Numbered from the stretch's first letter, positions 52,219-63,498 are shown. The stretch: DNA of 64,000 bases from Nevskiaceae bacterium (GCA_021731445.1 JAKFXK010000025.1:1410-65409), one strand, 5' to 3'. Notes: generated by a model from the sequence alone, not told the origin. Numbers and translations are program-made.

Positions 52219-54381
52219 CTAATCATCGCCCAGTGGACGGTCATCGCCGGTGAGAAGTTCATCAAAACCGGTACCCAGCCGCGACAGGCCCTTGAGTTCG
52301 AGCTGGAAGAAGATGCCGCTGTCGATGTCGCCAGAACTGTTGACGAGATAGCGGCGGTAGGCGGTTTGCACCGCATAGCAGCAGGTTTCGTATTCCAGGC
52401 CGAAGAGAGTGTCGAGCAGCCGATCTTCCCGTGCCGAAAAGCGCACCCGCGAGGCCACCTTGAACGCCGTGCCGATGGGCAGCGCACCGCTGACATCGAA
52501 CTGCTCCAACAGACCGCTGCGATAGCGGTAGCCAAAGTCGGCGCGATAGCGGCCATCACGGTAGCGCAGACCGAAGCTGGTGCGGCTGAAACGGCCGGTG
52601 TCGGGCGACACCTGCAGCAGGGTCGTGGTCGAGAGCTTGCGGTTGAGCCTGAGCTCGGCGCTGGTGAGGTAATCCGAGCTGCCGACATCAGGGCTGCTAA
52701 GCCCCGGCACCGTCACCCGTGAGGGATCGAAGCGGTAGATCTGCCCGAACGAGGCCGTGAAGCGTGTTGCCCCGCCCACCGGGTCGAGCGCGCGATAGGT
52801 GAGGGCAGTGGTGAGCTGGTTGGCGTCGGCAATGCGGTCTTCGCCGATGAAGCGGTTGCGGGCGAACAGCTGCGGAAAATCGTAGTCCGGCTGCCCTGCG
52901 TCGAACACCGGCAGGCCATCCTGGTCGCGGTAGGGGGTATAGAGGTAGAACAGGCGCGGTTCGAGCAGTTGCAGTCCGCCGTTGTCGCCGATCCGCGCGA
53001 AGCGCAGGCCGGCGTCGCCACTGACGATGGGCAGCGAGCGCTGGCGATCATCGAGCTGTTCATCCTGCTGGTCGCGCAACTGGTAGCGGGTGTAGTGGAA
53101 ATCACCCTGCACGCCGGTGTAGTAGCTGCCGGTGTCGCGTGTCCAGTTGATGGTCGGCCGCAGCACCTGCCGCGTGCCCTGCACGGCATCATTGCGGGCG
53201 AAGTTGGTCGCCTGCATCGAGAGGCCCAGCCGCGAATTGAGAAACTCGTTGCGCATCACGCCGTCGAAGCGCAGCTCCGGCAGGCGGCGATAGGGCGCAT
53301 CCACCGACAGCGTACCGGCCAGTGGCTGGAACTTCTGCACCAGCGCCTGCAGGGTGTAGGCGGAGGGGGCCTGGTAGACGATCAGGGCGCTGCTTTCCAG
53401 GTACGGATTGCTGGACAGGCCCGGGGTGTAGCTCAGGTCTTCCAGATAGCGGTCGTCGCTGGCCTCGGCGTAGTGCACCGAGAGCGACATGCGGTTGTTG
53501 ATGAGCGAATCGTGCTGCCACTCGCCGAAGGTGCGCGAGCGGTTGTCGAACTGCGCATCGACGGGCAGGTACTCGATGCTGATATCACCGGTCGCGCGCG
53601 CCGACAGATAACGTCCGGAGACCGCCAGCTGGGTGCCCCGGTCGCTCATGTAGCGTGGCGTGAGGGTGGCGTCGTAGTTGGGTGCGAGGTTGAGGTAGTA
53701 CGGCAGGCGCGCATCCACCCCGGTGCGAGTGTTGCTGCCGAAGGTCGGGAACAGGAAGCCAGAGTGCCGCTCGCCGTCGATGGGGAAACGGATGTAGGGC
53801 GTGTAGAACACCGGCACCACGCCCAGCCGCAGCGTGGCGTTGCGCGCCGTGCCTAGACCGGTGTCCTGATCGAGCTCGAGCTCTCCTGCGGTCAGCCGCC
53901 AGCTATCGCGGCCCGGCGCACAGGTGGTGTAGCTGAGCTGGGTCAGCTGCGCACGGCCGGATTTTTCCAGCGTGATTTCTTCCGCCTTGCCGCGCGCGCC
54001 GCGCGACAGCAGGGTGAACTCGGTCTTGCTGAACACCCCCATCTCGCGGTTGATGTCGTAGCTGCCGCCGCGGCTGATGATGACGTAACGCTCGTTGCGG
54101 AACTGGAACGGCGTGTTGGCGCTGACGATGCGCTTTGCGTCGTCGTATTGCAGCGCCTCGGAGGTGATCTCCCGGCCGCCAAAACGCAGCTTCACCGCGC
54201 CCAGCAGGTCGGCGAGGCTGTCTTTCGCACCCGCGATCTCGTCTGCCGTCACCACCAGCTTGCCGTCCGGCGAGGCCGCAAGCGTGCCAGGGTCGAGCTG
54301 CGGGCAACTGGCATCGCCGGCCCAGGCGGCAGGAGCAGTCAGTGCCAGGAGGGCCAGCGCGGTAAGGGAGCGTGGGGACAT
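52219..54381 (-). CDS. lptD: LPS assembly protein LptD
   Basis: Signal peptide, YTTCAPG, PYYLNLAPNYD, EYETCC, FFQLELKGL. Confidence 0.96.
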   Translation of the reverse strand: MSPRSLTALALLALTAPAAWAGDASCPQLDPGTLAASPDGKLVVTADEIAGAKDSLADLLGAVKLRFGGREITSEALQYDDAKRIVSANTPFQFRNERYVIISRGGSYDINREMGVFSKTEFTLLSRGARGKAEEITLEKSGRAQLTQLSYTTCAPGRDSWRLTAGELELDQDTGLGTARNATLRLGVVPVFYTPYIRFPIDGERHSGFLFPTFGSNTRTGVDARLPYYLNLAPNYDATLTPRYMSDRGTQLAVSGRYLSARATGDISIEYLPVDAQFDNRSRTFGEWQHDSLINNRMSLSVHYAEASDDRYLEDLSYTPGLSSNPYLESSALIVYQAPSAYTLQALVQKFQPLAGTLSVDAPYRRLPELRFDGVMRNEFLNSRLGLSMQATNFARNDAVQGTRQVLRPTINWTRDTGSYYTGVQGDFHYTRYQLRDQQDEQLDDRQRSLPIVSGDAGLRFARIGDNGGLQLLEPRLFYLYTPYRDQDGLPVFDAGQPDYDFPQLFARNRFIGEDRIADANQLTTALTYRALDPVGGATRFTASFGQIYRFDPSRVTVPGLSSPDVGSSDYLTSAELRLNRKLSTTTLLQVSPDTGRFSRTSFGLRYRDGRYRADFGYRYRSGLLEQFDVSGALPIGTAFKVASRVRFSAREDRLLDTLFGLEYETCCYAVQTAYRRYLVNSSGDIDSGIFFQLELKGLSRLGTGFDELLTGDDRPLGDD

Positions 54382-54461
54382 GTCAGCGGCGCAAAAAAGG
54401 ATGTGCAGTATCCGCCCTGCACTTGGCCTGCGGCAATCGGCGGTGACGTGAAGGACGAGGG

Positions 54462-54893
54462 GTGTTGACTTTCGTGGTGACGACTGTGGTGTTCGTCGGC
54501 TGCAATTTCTTCCTGCATTTCCGCATGGAAGGTAGCTACTGGCTGCTCGCGTTGGTCACACTGATCGGCAGCTATTCGATGATTGCGATGGGGCTGGTGA
54601 TCAGCGCGCGGATCACTTCAGAGGAACTCGCAGGCGGCCTTTTGAACGTGCTGTCCTGGCCGATGATGGCGCTCAGCGGCGTGTTCTTCTCGCTCGATGG
54701 CGCACCCGCTGCGGTGGTGTGGGCCTCCAAGCTGTTCCCGCTCACACATCTGCTCGGTGCCGCGCGGGCGATTATGCTCGACGGTGCGGACTTAGCGAGT
54801 GCGGCAGTCGCCACCCCCTTGCTGGTGCTGGTGGCGTGCAGCGTATTGTTCACGCTGCTGGGGGCCATCGGGTTTCGCTGGACGCAGGATTGA
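54462..54893 (+). pseudogene. 5'-truncated ABC-2 type permease (C-terminal half only)
   Basis: SWPMMALSGVFFSL...FPLTHLLGAARAIMLDG is the ABC-2 permease C-terminus. There is no room for an N-terminal half (lptD starts 80 nt away) and no ATPase partner. Confidence 0.75.
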
Positions 54894-55102
54894 TGGCGGT
54901 CAACATGGGCAATAAGCGGTTCACAGCTCGGGACTATGGATTATCAACTAGGGAGTGTCAGCAGCCAGAACCACACTCCTTCGGCCTGCTCGATTATCGT
55001 GCAGCCATACAGCCTGATGTGGCACTGGGGCTCGCGCATCATTTGCAAGTTGTAAGCCATCACTTAGCATCAGCTAATGCAAACCCTTCTTCACCCCAGA
55101 CC

Positions 55103-58100
55103 ATGATCAAAACCATCACCGCACGCGTCGCATTTGGCCTCCTGATCGGTGTGGTGATGTTCTACTTCCCGCAGGCCCACGCTCAAGACTGCCCAGGCGG
55201 TCAGACTCCCGCAGCATGGAAGGTGACGGGCATTAACGCTGTGAGCTGCAACCCACAATGTGCAATTGGCACGATCTTCGGGTCGATTGCAGCAGCTGAA
55301 AATGGCTGCTATCCAATTGGTTATACCTGCCCACCGACCCATACGACTTACGTCAGTTCGGTCGCTGGCCGCTTTGTCCCGATAGCGCTCAACTTTTGGG
55401 AAGGCTATACGACTTTCGGGCACAAGCGCGTCAGCGACAATGGCGACACTGGCAGTGGAAATCTCAACTACAAGGGTCAATGTCCTGCGAGTCCGAAATA
55501 TTTTGTGGTGGATTCCTATCAATCGCCAATGGCTGCGGATCTCGGTTCGAACTGTGAGTCTGATTCGCCTAGATGCATTAATGGTCCTGATCCCATAAAT
55601 CCATCCAATGGAAATGAAGCATTGGTGGAAGACGATATCCAAGCGCCTGCGCGGTCTATTGCATTCAGGCGTTTTTATAACAGCTTGGATACAGGCAGCG
55701 GATCTTTAGGAAGCAATTGGCAGCATAGCTACAGCCGTCATCTATCTGTCCAGTTGCTGCCTAGCCAAAAGTATTCGCCGCAATACAACGATCAGACTGA
55801 AGCGTGTGTAAGTGGTTGGTCACAACTTCGAGCAAGTTCACAGGGCCGCGAAAACTGGAATGCTGTGTTTACGAATGGAACCTGCATTCTCTTCGACAGC
55901 AACGGGGTCAATAGAGGACGGTTGCCGATCTACAGCAACAGCAGCTTCCAAAAACTCAAAACGATTGACGCCAACCGCGACGACGGTGCCCGCCTTCGTG
56001 CTGTTCGATATGGCGATTTTTCGATGTCATTGCTCGACGTCGAGGTCGGAACAACGGAACGATTTGCTGCCTTGACGAATGGCTACAAACTCACCGATGA
56101 CGCTGACAATGTCGAACTCTACGATATCACTGGAAAATTATTGACGGTGACGGATCGTCGCGGTAACACCCAGACACTCTCGTACAGCGGCTCGAACGGC
56201 AAGCTGTCTTCCGTTACCGACAATTTCGGCCACAGCCTGACCTTTGGTTACGACCCGCAGGCACGCCTGCAGACCGTCACCGATTCGGCTGGTCGTGTCA
56301 CGCAGTACGACTACGACACCAATGGTCGCCTGGTTATGGTCACTCGACCCGATGCGACGTACCGGGAATATGCCTACAACTCCGCGAACTGGGTCTCCGG
56401 CATCACCAGTTTTGTTGATGAGAACCGCCAGACCGTCTTCAACCTTGGCTACGACAGCTTCGGCCGCGTCACCACGTCGCAGCTTGGCGGTGTGTCCACT
56501 GCCATGACCTTCGTTTACAACCCTGACGGCAGCACCACGCAGACTGACCCCTTGGGTGCAGTGCGCACTTTTGGCTTCCAGCAGGTCGGTGGCCACAGGA
56601 AGAGTGCCGCAGTCACCGGCTCACCGTGCCCCGAATGCGGCTACAAAAAGGCCATCAGCTACGACACCAATGGTTTCGTTGCCAGCATCACCGATTACAA
56701 CGATCACGTCACGACCTATGTGCATGATGCGCGAGGGTTGGAGACGTCGCGGACGGAGGCTTTTGGCACTCCACAGGCCCGCACCATCACCACCACCTGG
56801 CATGCCACCTATCGCCTGCCAACCCAGATCACTGAGCCTGGCCGCACGACCGCCTTCACCTACGACAGCAGCGGCAATCAGCTGACGAAGACCGTCACCG
56901 ACACCGCCACCTCGACGGCCCGCGCCTGGACGTTTACCTACGACAATCTGGGTCGCAGGCTGACTGCCGATGGCCCGCGAACGGATGTTTCTGACGTCAC
57001 GACGTATACCTACTACAGCTGTACCACTGGCGGCGCCTGTGGACAGCTGCACACCGTCACCAATGCCCTGGGTCATGTGACCACCTTCAACAGCTTCGAC
57101 GCCAACGGCCGGCCGCTGGTGATCACTGATCCGAACGGGGTCGCCACCACGCTTACCTACCATCCGCGCGGCTGGCTCAGCTCCAGCACGATCGACGGCA
57201 AGACCACGAGCTATCTGTATGACGGCGCGGGCCAGCTCAAGAAGGTCACGTTGCCCGACAACTCTTATGTCAGCTACAGCTACGACGCAGCGCATCGGCT
57301 CACCGATATCACCGATCTTGAAGGCAATCGTATGCATTACATCCTCGATGCGATGGGCAACCGCATCCAAGACGAAATCTACGATCCCAGCAACAACCTC
57401 AAGACGTATGTCAGACGGGAGTACAACCAGCTCAACCGCCTGCGAGCGGTGATTGGCGTCAACGACCAGTATTCCGACTATTTCTACGACGCTGAGGGCA
57501 ATCTCACGCTCGAGAACCTGAGAGCCGGTACTCCCGGCAATTACGCCTATCTCGCCACGCTGCACAGCTACGATGCGCTCGACCGGCGGAAGCTCTCGAC
57601 AGGCCCCGATGGCAGCAACCTCGAGTACAGCTACGACGGCCTCGACCAGCTCATCGCCGTCGAGGATCCCAACTACCTCACCACGCAATTCACCCGCAAT
57701 GCCCTGGGCGACGAGACGCATCACTCCAGCCCCGACACCGCCAACACCCATTACACCTACGACAGTGCTGGCAACCGCAAGACCGCCTACGACGCCCGCG
57801 GCTCGACGCTGACCTACAGCTACGACGCGCTCAACCGCGTCACGCGTATCACCGAAGCCTGGGGTGAGAATCACGACGTCAGCTACCGCTACGACGGCAG
57901 CAATTACGTGGGCAGCGTCCCCCACGGCATCGGTCGTCTGACCGGAGTCTCCAACGCCGCCGACCGTCACGAGTACCGCTATGACGCCCGTGGCAACCTG
58001 ATCGAAGACCGCGTCCAATCGAACCACGCGCAACCGATGGGCACCCGCATCATCGGCTACAGCTACGACGCTGCCGACCGTCTCAGCAGCATCACCTACC

Positions 58101-59767
58101 CCAGCGGCCGGATCATCAGCTATGCACGGGACGCCCAAGGCCGCATCACCGGCGTCAGCAGCCAGCTTGGCGCTGTGACCCAGACCCTGGTCCAGAACGT
58201 CGGCTACATGCCCTTTGGCGCGTTGAAGACTTGGCAGCAGCTCGATGGCACCATCACCGCCCTCAGCTACGACCTGAGCTACCGCCTGACTGGCATCAGC
58301 AGCGGTGTTTTCAGCCGCAGCTACGGCTACGACCCGCGCGATCTCATCACCAGCATCACCGACACGCTCGACAGCGGCCAGAGCCAAAGCTTCAGCTACA
58401 ACACTGTCTCCCGGCTGCAGCGCGCTGCTGGCGCCTACGGCAGCCACAACTACGGCTACGACGCCAGCGGCAACCGTACGAGTCAGGCTCCCGACAATGC
58501 TGATCCTGAAGCCATCAAGACCTACAGCCTGCAGCAATACACCCACCATCTTCAGGGTGAATCGGAAGGCGAGCGCTACACCGCCCACCAGTACGACTGG
58601 GCGGGTCAGCTCCTGGGCCGTGCCACCACTGTCGATGACGGCAACGGCGGCAGCACCACGGTCGACCAGCAAGGCTATTCCTACAACGCCACCGCGCGCC
58701 TGCAGGTACAGGTCAAGCTGATTGCAGCCCCCTACGACCTCGCCGCCAATGGTCCCACCGACGAACTCGACGCCCCCGCGCCCAGCAGCTACCGCAACGA
58801 ATACAACGCCAGGGGCCAGCGCGTCTACAAAGCCAGAGTCGCCAACAACAACGTCTATGGCCCTGGCGAAGTCAGCCGGTTTTACCTCTATGACCAGCAA
58901 GGCCATCTGATCGAGGAAATCGACCCCAACACCCTGGAAGTGCTGGCCGAGACCATCTGGCTCGACGACAGGCCAGTCACGCACTACACCCGGCCCATCG
59001 ACGCGCCCATCAGCGAACAGGGCAATGCGGCACTCCCGACCAACGGGCTCAAGGCCTACAGCATCCATGCCGATCATCTCGGCACGCCGCAGGTGCTCAC
59101 CACGACCAACGGCACCATCGCCTGGAAGGCCAGCTACGAACCGTTTGGCAAGACCAGACAAGTCACCGGCAATGGCCTAAACAACAGCGCCAGCATCGTC
59201 TTCAACCTGAGACTGCCGGGGCAATACTTCGATGCGGAATCAGGGCTGTATCAGAACTGGAACCGGGAATATGACCCAGCACTGGGGAGATACATCCAGA
59301 GTGATCCCATTGGGCTCGACGGCGGGATCAATACTTATGCCTATGTCGGGGGGAATCCACTTTCCTTCACGGACCCACAGGGGTTGCAGGCAACTATTCC
59401 TATGGGTCCGCTGCCTACGCCTCTTCCCTCGGTAGCAGTACCCGGCACCAAAGAGAACGGAGACTTTGTAGCTGCGATGTCGGCGGCAGGGAATGCCATT
59501 GCTGACGCAATCTGCCCTGATCCAAATGACTGTGAGAAGCTAAATCAGAAGGTTCAGGCCGCTAAGGCTAAAACGTCAGCGCTTGGGTCTTGTCGTGCCG
59601 GGATGAGCCGTCCAGAACTGCAACAACGACTAGATGCTTGGCTCGAGCTCGCTTCGGCTCGCGCGAAGCGCGATATGAATTGCTGGGCTGGCGGTGATTC
59701 CGGTCATCAACAGGCGCAGGCAGATGCTTGGGCAAACGTAGGCAAATGCTCGAGCCTCGCCAGATGA
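55103..59767 (+). CDS. Rhs/YD-repeat polymorphic toxin with a Sec signal peptide, DUF6531-like domain and Ntox16-like C-terminal toxin
   Basis: MIKTITARVAFGLLIGVVMFYFPQAHA signal; DPINPSNGN...FRRFYNS; many YD repeats; core end RYIQSDPIGLDGGINTYAYVGGNPLSFTDPQGL; tip contains R...CWAGGDSGH. Confidence 0.92.
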   Translation: MIKTITARVAFGLLIGVVMFYFPQAHAQDCPGGQTPAAWKVTGINAVSCNPQCAIGTIFGSIAAAENGCYPIGYTCPPTHTTYVSSVAGRFVPIALNFWEGYTTFGHKRVSDNGDTGSGNLNYKGQCPASPKYFVVDSYQSPMAADLGSNCESDSPRCINGPDPINPSNGNEALVEDDIQAPARSIAFRRFYNSLDTGSGSLGSNWQHSYSRHLSVQLLPSQKYSPQYNDQTEACVSGWSQLRASSQGRENWNAVFTNGTCILFDSNGVNRGRLPIYSNSSFQKLKTIDANRDDGARLRAVRYGDFSMSLLDVEVGTTERFAALTNGYKLTDDADNVELYDITGKLLTVTDRRGNTQTLSYSGSNGKLSSVTDNFGHSLTFGYDPQARLQTVTDSAGRVTQYDYDTNGRLVMVTRPDATYREYAYNSANWVSGITSFVDENRQTVFNLGYDSFGRVTTSQLGGVSTAMTFVYNPDGSTTQTDPLGAVRTFGFQQVGGHRKSAAVTGSPCPECGYKKAISYDTNGFVASITDYNDHVTTYVHDARGLETSRTEAFGTPQARTITTTWHATYRLPTQITEPGRTTAFTYDSSGNQLTKTVTDTATSTARAWTFTYDNLGRRLTADGPRTDVSDVTTYTYYSCTTGGACGQLHTVTNALGHVTTFNSFDANGRPLVITDPNGVATTLTYHPRGWLSSSTIDGKTTSYLYDGAGQLKKVTLPDNSYVSYSYDAAHRLTDITDLEGNRMHYILDAMGNRIQDEIYDPSNNLKTYVRREYNQLNRLRAVIGVNDQYSDYFYDAEGNLTLENLRAGTPGNYAYLATLHSYDALDRRKLSTGPDGSNLEYSYDGLDQLIAVEDPNYLTTQFTRNALGDETHHSSPDTANTHYTYDSAGNRKTAYDARGSTLTYSYDALNRVTRITEAWGENHDVSYRYDGSNYVGSVPHGIGRLTGVSNAADRHEYRYDARGNLIEDRVQSNHAQPMGTRIIGYSYDAADRLSSITYPSGRIISYARDAQGRITGVSSQLGAVTQTLVQNVGYMPFGALKTWQQLDGTITALSYDLSYRLTGISSGVFSRSYGYDPRDLITSITDTLDSGQSQSFSYNTVSRLQRAAGAYGSHNYGYDASGNRTSQAPDNADPEAIKTYSLQQYTHHLQGESEGERYTAHQYDWAGQLLGRATTVDDGNGGSTTVDQQGYSYNATARLQVQVKLIAAPYDLAANGPTDELDAPAPSSYRNEYNARGQRVYKARVANNNVYGPGEVSRFYLYDQQGHLIEEIDPNTLEVLAETIWLDDRPVTHYTRPIDAPISEQGNAALPTNGLKAYSIHADHLGTPQVLTTTNGTIAWKASYEPFGKTRQVTGNGLNNSASIVFNLRLPGQYFDAESGLYQNWNREYDPALGRYIQSDPIGLDGGINTYAYVGGNPLSFTDPQGLQATIPMGPLPTPLPSVAVPGTKENGDFVAAMSAAGNAIADAICPDPNDCEKLNQKVQAAKAKTSALGSCRAGMSRPELQQRLDAWLELASARAKRDMNCWAGGDSGHQQAQADAWANVGKCSSLAR

Positions 59768-60270
59768 CACTGCTGGAAGAAATCGAAAGCGCATTTAGTG
59801 AACGTGAAATGCCGTTATCGACGACCAAGAAAAATGCGCCTGCGACCGACGAATACACTGAAGCGCAGTGGTTTGGCGGCAAGCATTGGAAAACCTTGTC
59901 CTGCGCTGATTTTGATCGGCTCCCAAGTGCAATTTTTGGTTTTTCGCCAGAAGCTTTTTGTTTTTATTTGCCTGGAATAATGACGGCTAGCGTTAGGGAA
60001 AATTATCCAGACCTGATGATGAACCAATCCATCATCAACATGCTCGATCGAATTGCTGCGCCTTCATCATGGGATGATTTTTTTGGAGCTAGGTGGCCGC
60101 TGCTTTCTCCAACAGAGTGTGGTGCTGTGCAGCAATGGATTCTTTGGCTTACCGAGTTTGACCCTCCGATTTTTAGCGACGGCTCGCTTTCGAGGGCATA
60201 CGACACCATTGAGCTAATTGCCCTGCAACGAAGGGCGGTGCCTCTTGCTCGTGCCGGTTGGAGCAGCTGA
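59764..60270 (+). CDS. Probable cognate immunity protein (DUF6714-like)
   Basis: ATGA overlap with the Rhs stop; IESAF...GKHW...FSPEAFCFYLPGIM; AT-richer. Confidence 0.8.
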   Translation: MTLLEEIESAFSEREMPLSTTKKNAPATDEYTEAQWFGGKHWKTLSCADFDRLPSAIFGFSPEAFCFYLPGIMTASVRENYPDLMMNQSIINMLDRIAAPSSWDDFFGARWPLLSPTECGAVQQWILWLTEFDPPIFSDGSLSRAYDTIELIALQRRAVPLARAGWSS

Positions 60271-60395
60271 GCTAGAACAACTCTTCACAGCCTTGTGACA
60301 AGGCTGCAATTTTGGACGCTTGAGCACTACCGCTACCGCTCGTCGGCTCGATGGGGTGCAAGCCGCGCGAGACGGTGCTGAGGTGGACTATCTAG

Positions 60396-60616
60396 AGAGC
60401 TACTCCGTCATCTTGCAAGGACTGGGAGGCGCAAGGAAAGCCGCGTCCGGACAGCAAACGCAACAGGGAAGAAGGCTCGGCTGACCTGGGCCTGTTGGAG
60501 TGGCTGGTTCCGTGGCCAATCACTCCAGGCGATGCAGGAGCCCAGGTGACGACTGCAACGAGAATGGTTTCCCTGACTATGCCGATCCAACGCCGCCGAT
60601 GGTGCCGACGCCATGA
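60396..60616 (+). pseudogene. Possible orphan Rhs toxin-tip remnant
   Basis: Reads RATPSSCKDWEAQGKPRP...LLEWLVPWPITPGDAG and, after a frameshift, SPGDDCNENGFPDYADPTPPMVPTP*; its TGA overlaps the ATG of the next gene. Confidence 0.4.
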
Positions 60617-60978
60617 AGCAAGCGACATTCGACATTGAGCTGTCTCTACAAAAGTTCGCGGACGCGCAGATCGAGTTGCGGCGTGGCTTGCAAAGCAAAT
60701 TCGCTTTTGAAGATCGAACGAAGCAAGGCTGGGGCTTGGTTCTTCGCAGACGCGAAGAAGTGAGCTTGCCGCTTGCTCAGGCGATCGAAGATTTTCTGAA
60801 GCCGCTTGAGCCGATGCAGTCGCTGATCGCGCGATGCGAGGCAACGCTGAGGGTTGCAGCTTTCAATCCGAACGTGACGTGCACAGTGCTCTTGTCTCGT
60901 ATAGATCAAATCGCTGCCATGGGCGCGAAGCTAGAAGTGAGTGTTTATCCGGCCGATGATGACGAGCAGCCAGCGTAG
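60613..60978 (+). CDS. Putative orphan immunity protein (DUF4279-like)
   Basis: 121-aa ORF downstream of the Rhs pair, with C-terminal IAAMGAKLEVSVYP. Confidence 0.6.
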   Translation: MKQATFDIELSLQKFADAQIELRRGLQSKFAFEDRTKQGWGLVLRRREEVSLPLAQAIEDFLKPLEPMQSLIARCEATLRVAAFNPNVTCTVLLSRIDQIAAMGAKLEVSVYPADDDEQPA

Positions 60979-60995
60979 CCCGGCTGCAAGCCGGG
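60975..60995 (+). repeat. GTAG-headed REP-like hairpin overlapping the stop codon
   Basis: GTAG-CCCGGCT-GCA-AGCCGGG; the TAG is the stop codon of the 60613 ORF. Confidence 0.7.
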
Positions 60996-61034
60996 TCTTT
61001 GCTTCACCCGATGACGGTTTCGATGACAGCCCGT

Positions 61035-61064
61035 GTAGGTCGGATTAGCGCAGCGTAATCCGAC
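61035..61064 (+). repeat. GTAG-type REP element (intact copy)
   Basis: GTAG-GTCGGATTA-GCGCAGCG-TAATCCGAC with a perfect 9-bp stem. Confidence 0.85.
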
Positions 61065-61111
61065 TTTTCAGCGGCAAAACTGAAGAGTGCGGTAGGGCGT
61101 GTCGAGGAGAC

Positions 61112-61171
61112 AATGAGGGACAGACCACAATTTAAACTTTTTGAGGAAAGTATCGTGGTCTATCCCCTATT
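61112..61171. repeat. Imperfect 20-bp inverted repeat with an AT-rich spacer
   Basis: AATGAGGGACAGACCACAAT ... ATCGTGGTCTATCCCCTATT (16/20 complementary). Confidence 0.7.
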
Positions 61172-61234
61172 AATCGCCTTTGCCGTTGCGCTGCGGCAAT
61201 TCAGCCACGCGCAGCCTTGGTTTAACCTCCGGCC

Positions 61235-62978
<1,744 letters not shown>

Positions 62979-63010
62979 TCCAGCCGCAAGCCCCCTCATC
63001 CCCGGCCACC

Positions 63011-63406
63011 ATGTCCATCCCCATCACCTTGCAAAAGGCGCCGCAAGGCAAGCTTGCTTTCACCGTCAGGGTGGGCCGCAACGCCTTTACGGCCGATGTG
63101 CTCGACGCGCTTGGCGGCGATGATCTCGGCCCTGATCCGCATGATCTGCTGGATGCCTCGCTGGGGGCCTGCACCGCGCTGACCGTGATGATGGTGGCAC
63201 GCAGAAAGCAGATGCCGCTGGACGACATCGAAGTCAGCATCACCCACATCGAAGCGCCGGGCCTCTACAGCCTCAACCGCCAGATCCGCTTCATCGGCAC
63301 GCTGACCGCCGAGCAGCGCGACTACCTGCTCGGCATTGCCAATAAATGCCCGATCCACAAGGTCATGCAGGGGCGCTTCGAGGTGGTGACGGTGCTGGCG
63401 GCCTGA
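63011..63406 (+). CDS. OsmC-like protein
   Basis: GGDDLGPDPHDLLDASLGACT and ANKCPIHK two-Cys pattern. Confidence 0.9.
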   Translation: MSIPITLQKAPQGKLAFTVRVGRNAFTADVLDALGGDDLGPDPHDLLDASLGACTALTVMMVARRKQMPLDDIEVSITHIEAPGLYSLNRQIRFIGTLTAEQRDYLLGIANKCPIHKVMQGRFEVVTVLAA

Positions 63407-63498
63407 AAAATAATTTTTCGTCTGCCGCTCGCGGCTTGCCACATTTGTAGCTTTTCTCCGTCCTAAGATGCGGCAGCGGCAGACAAAGGGAGAGCGCG

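Noticed and set aside
54719-55102. Longer Rhs N-terminus from the ORF track (1682 aa)
   Set aside because: It overlaps the permease fragment; ATG 55103 gives a clean signal peptide.
56150-59100. Periodic TACGAC/AGCTAC repeats suggesting an array
   Set aside because: Explained by the YD repeats of the Rhs protein.
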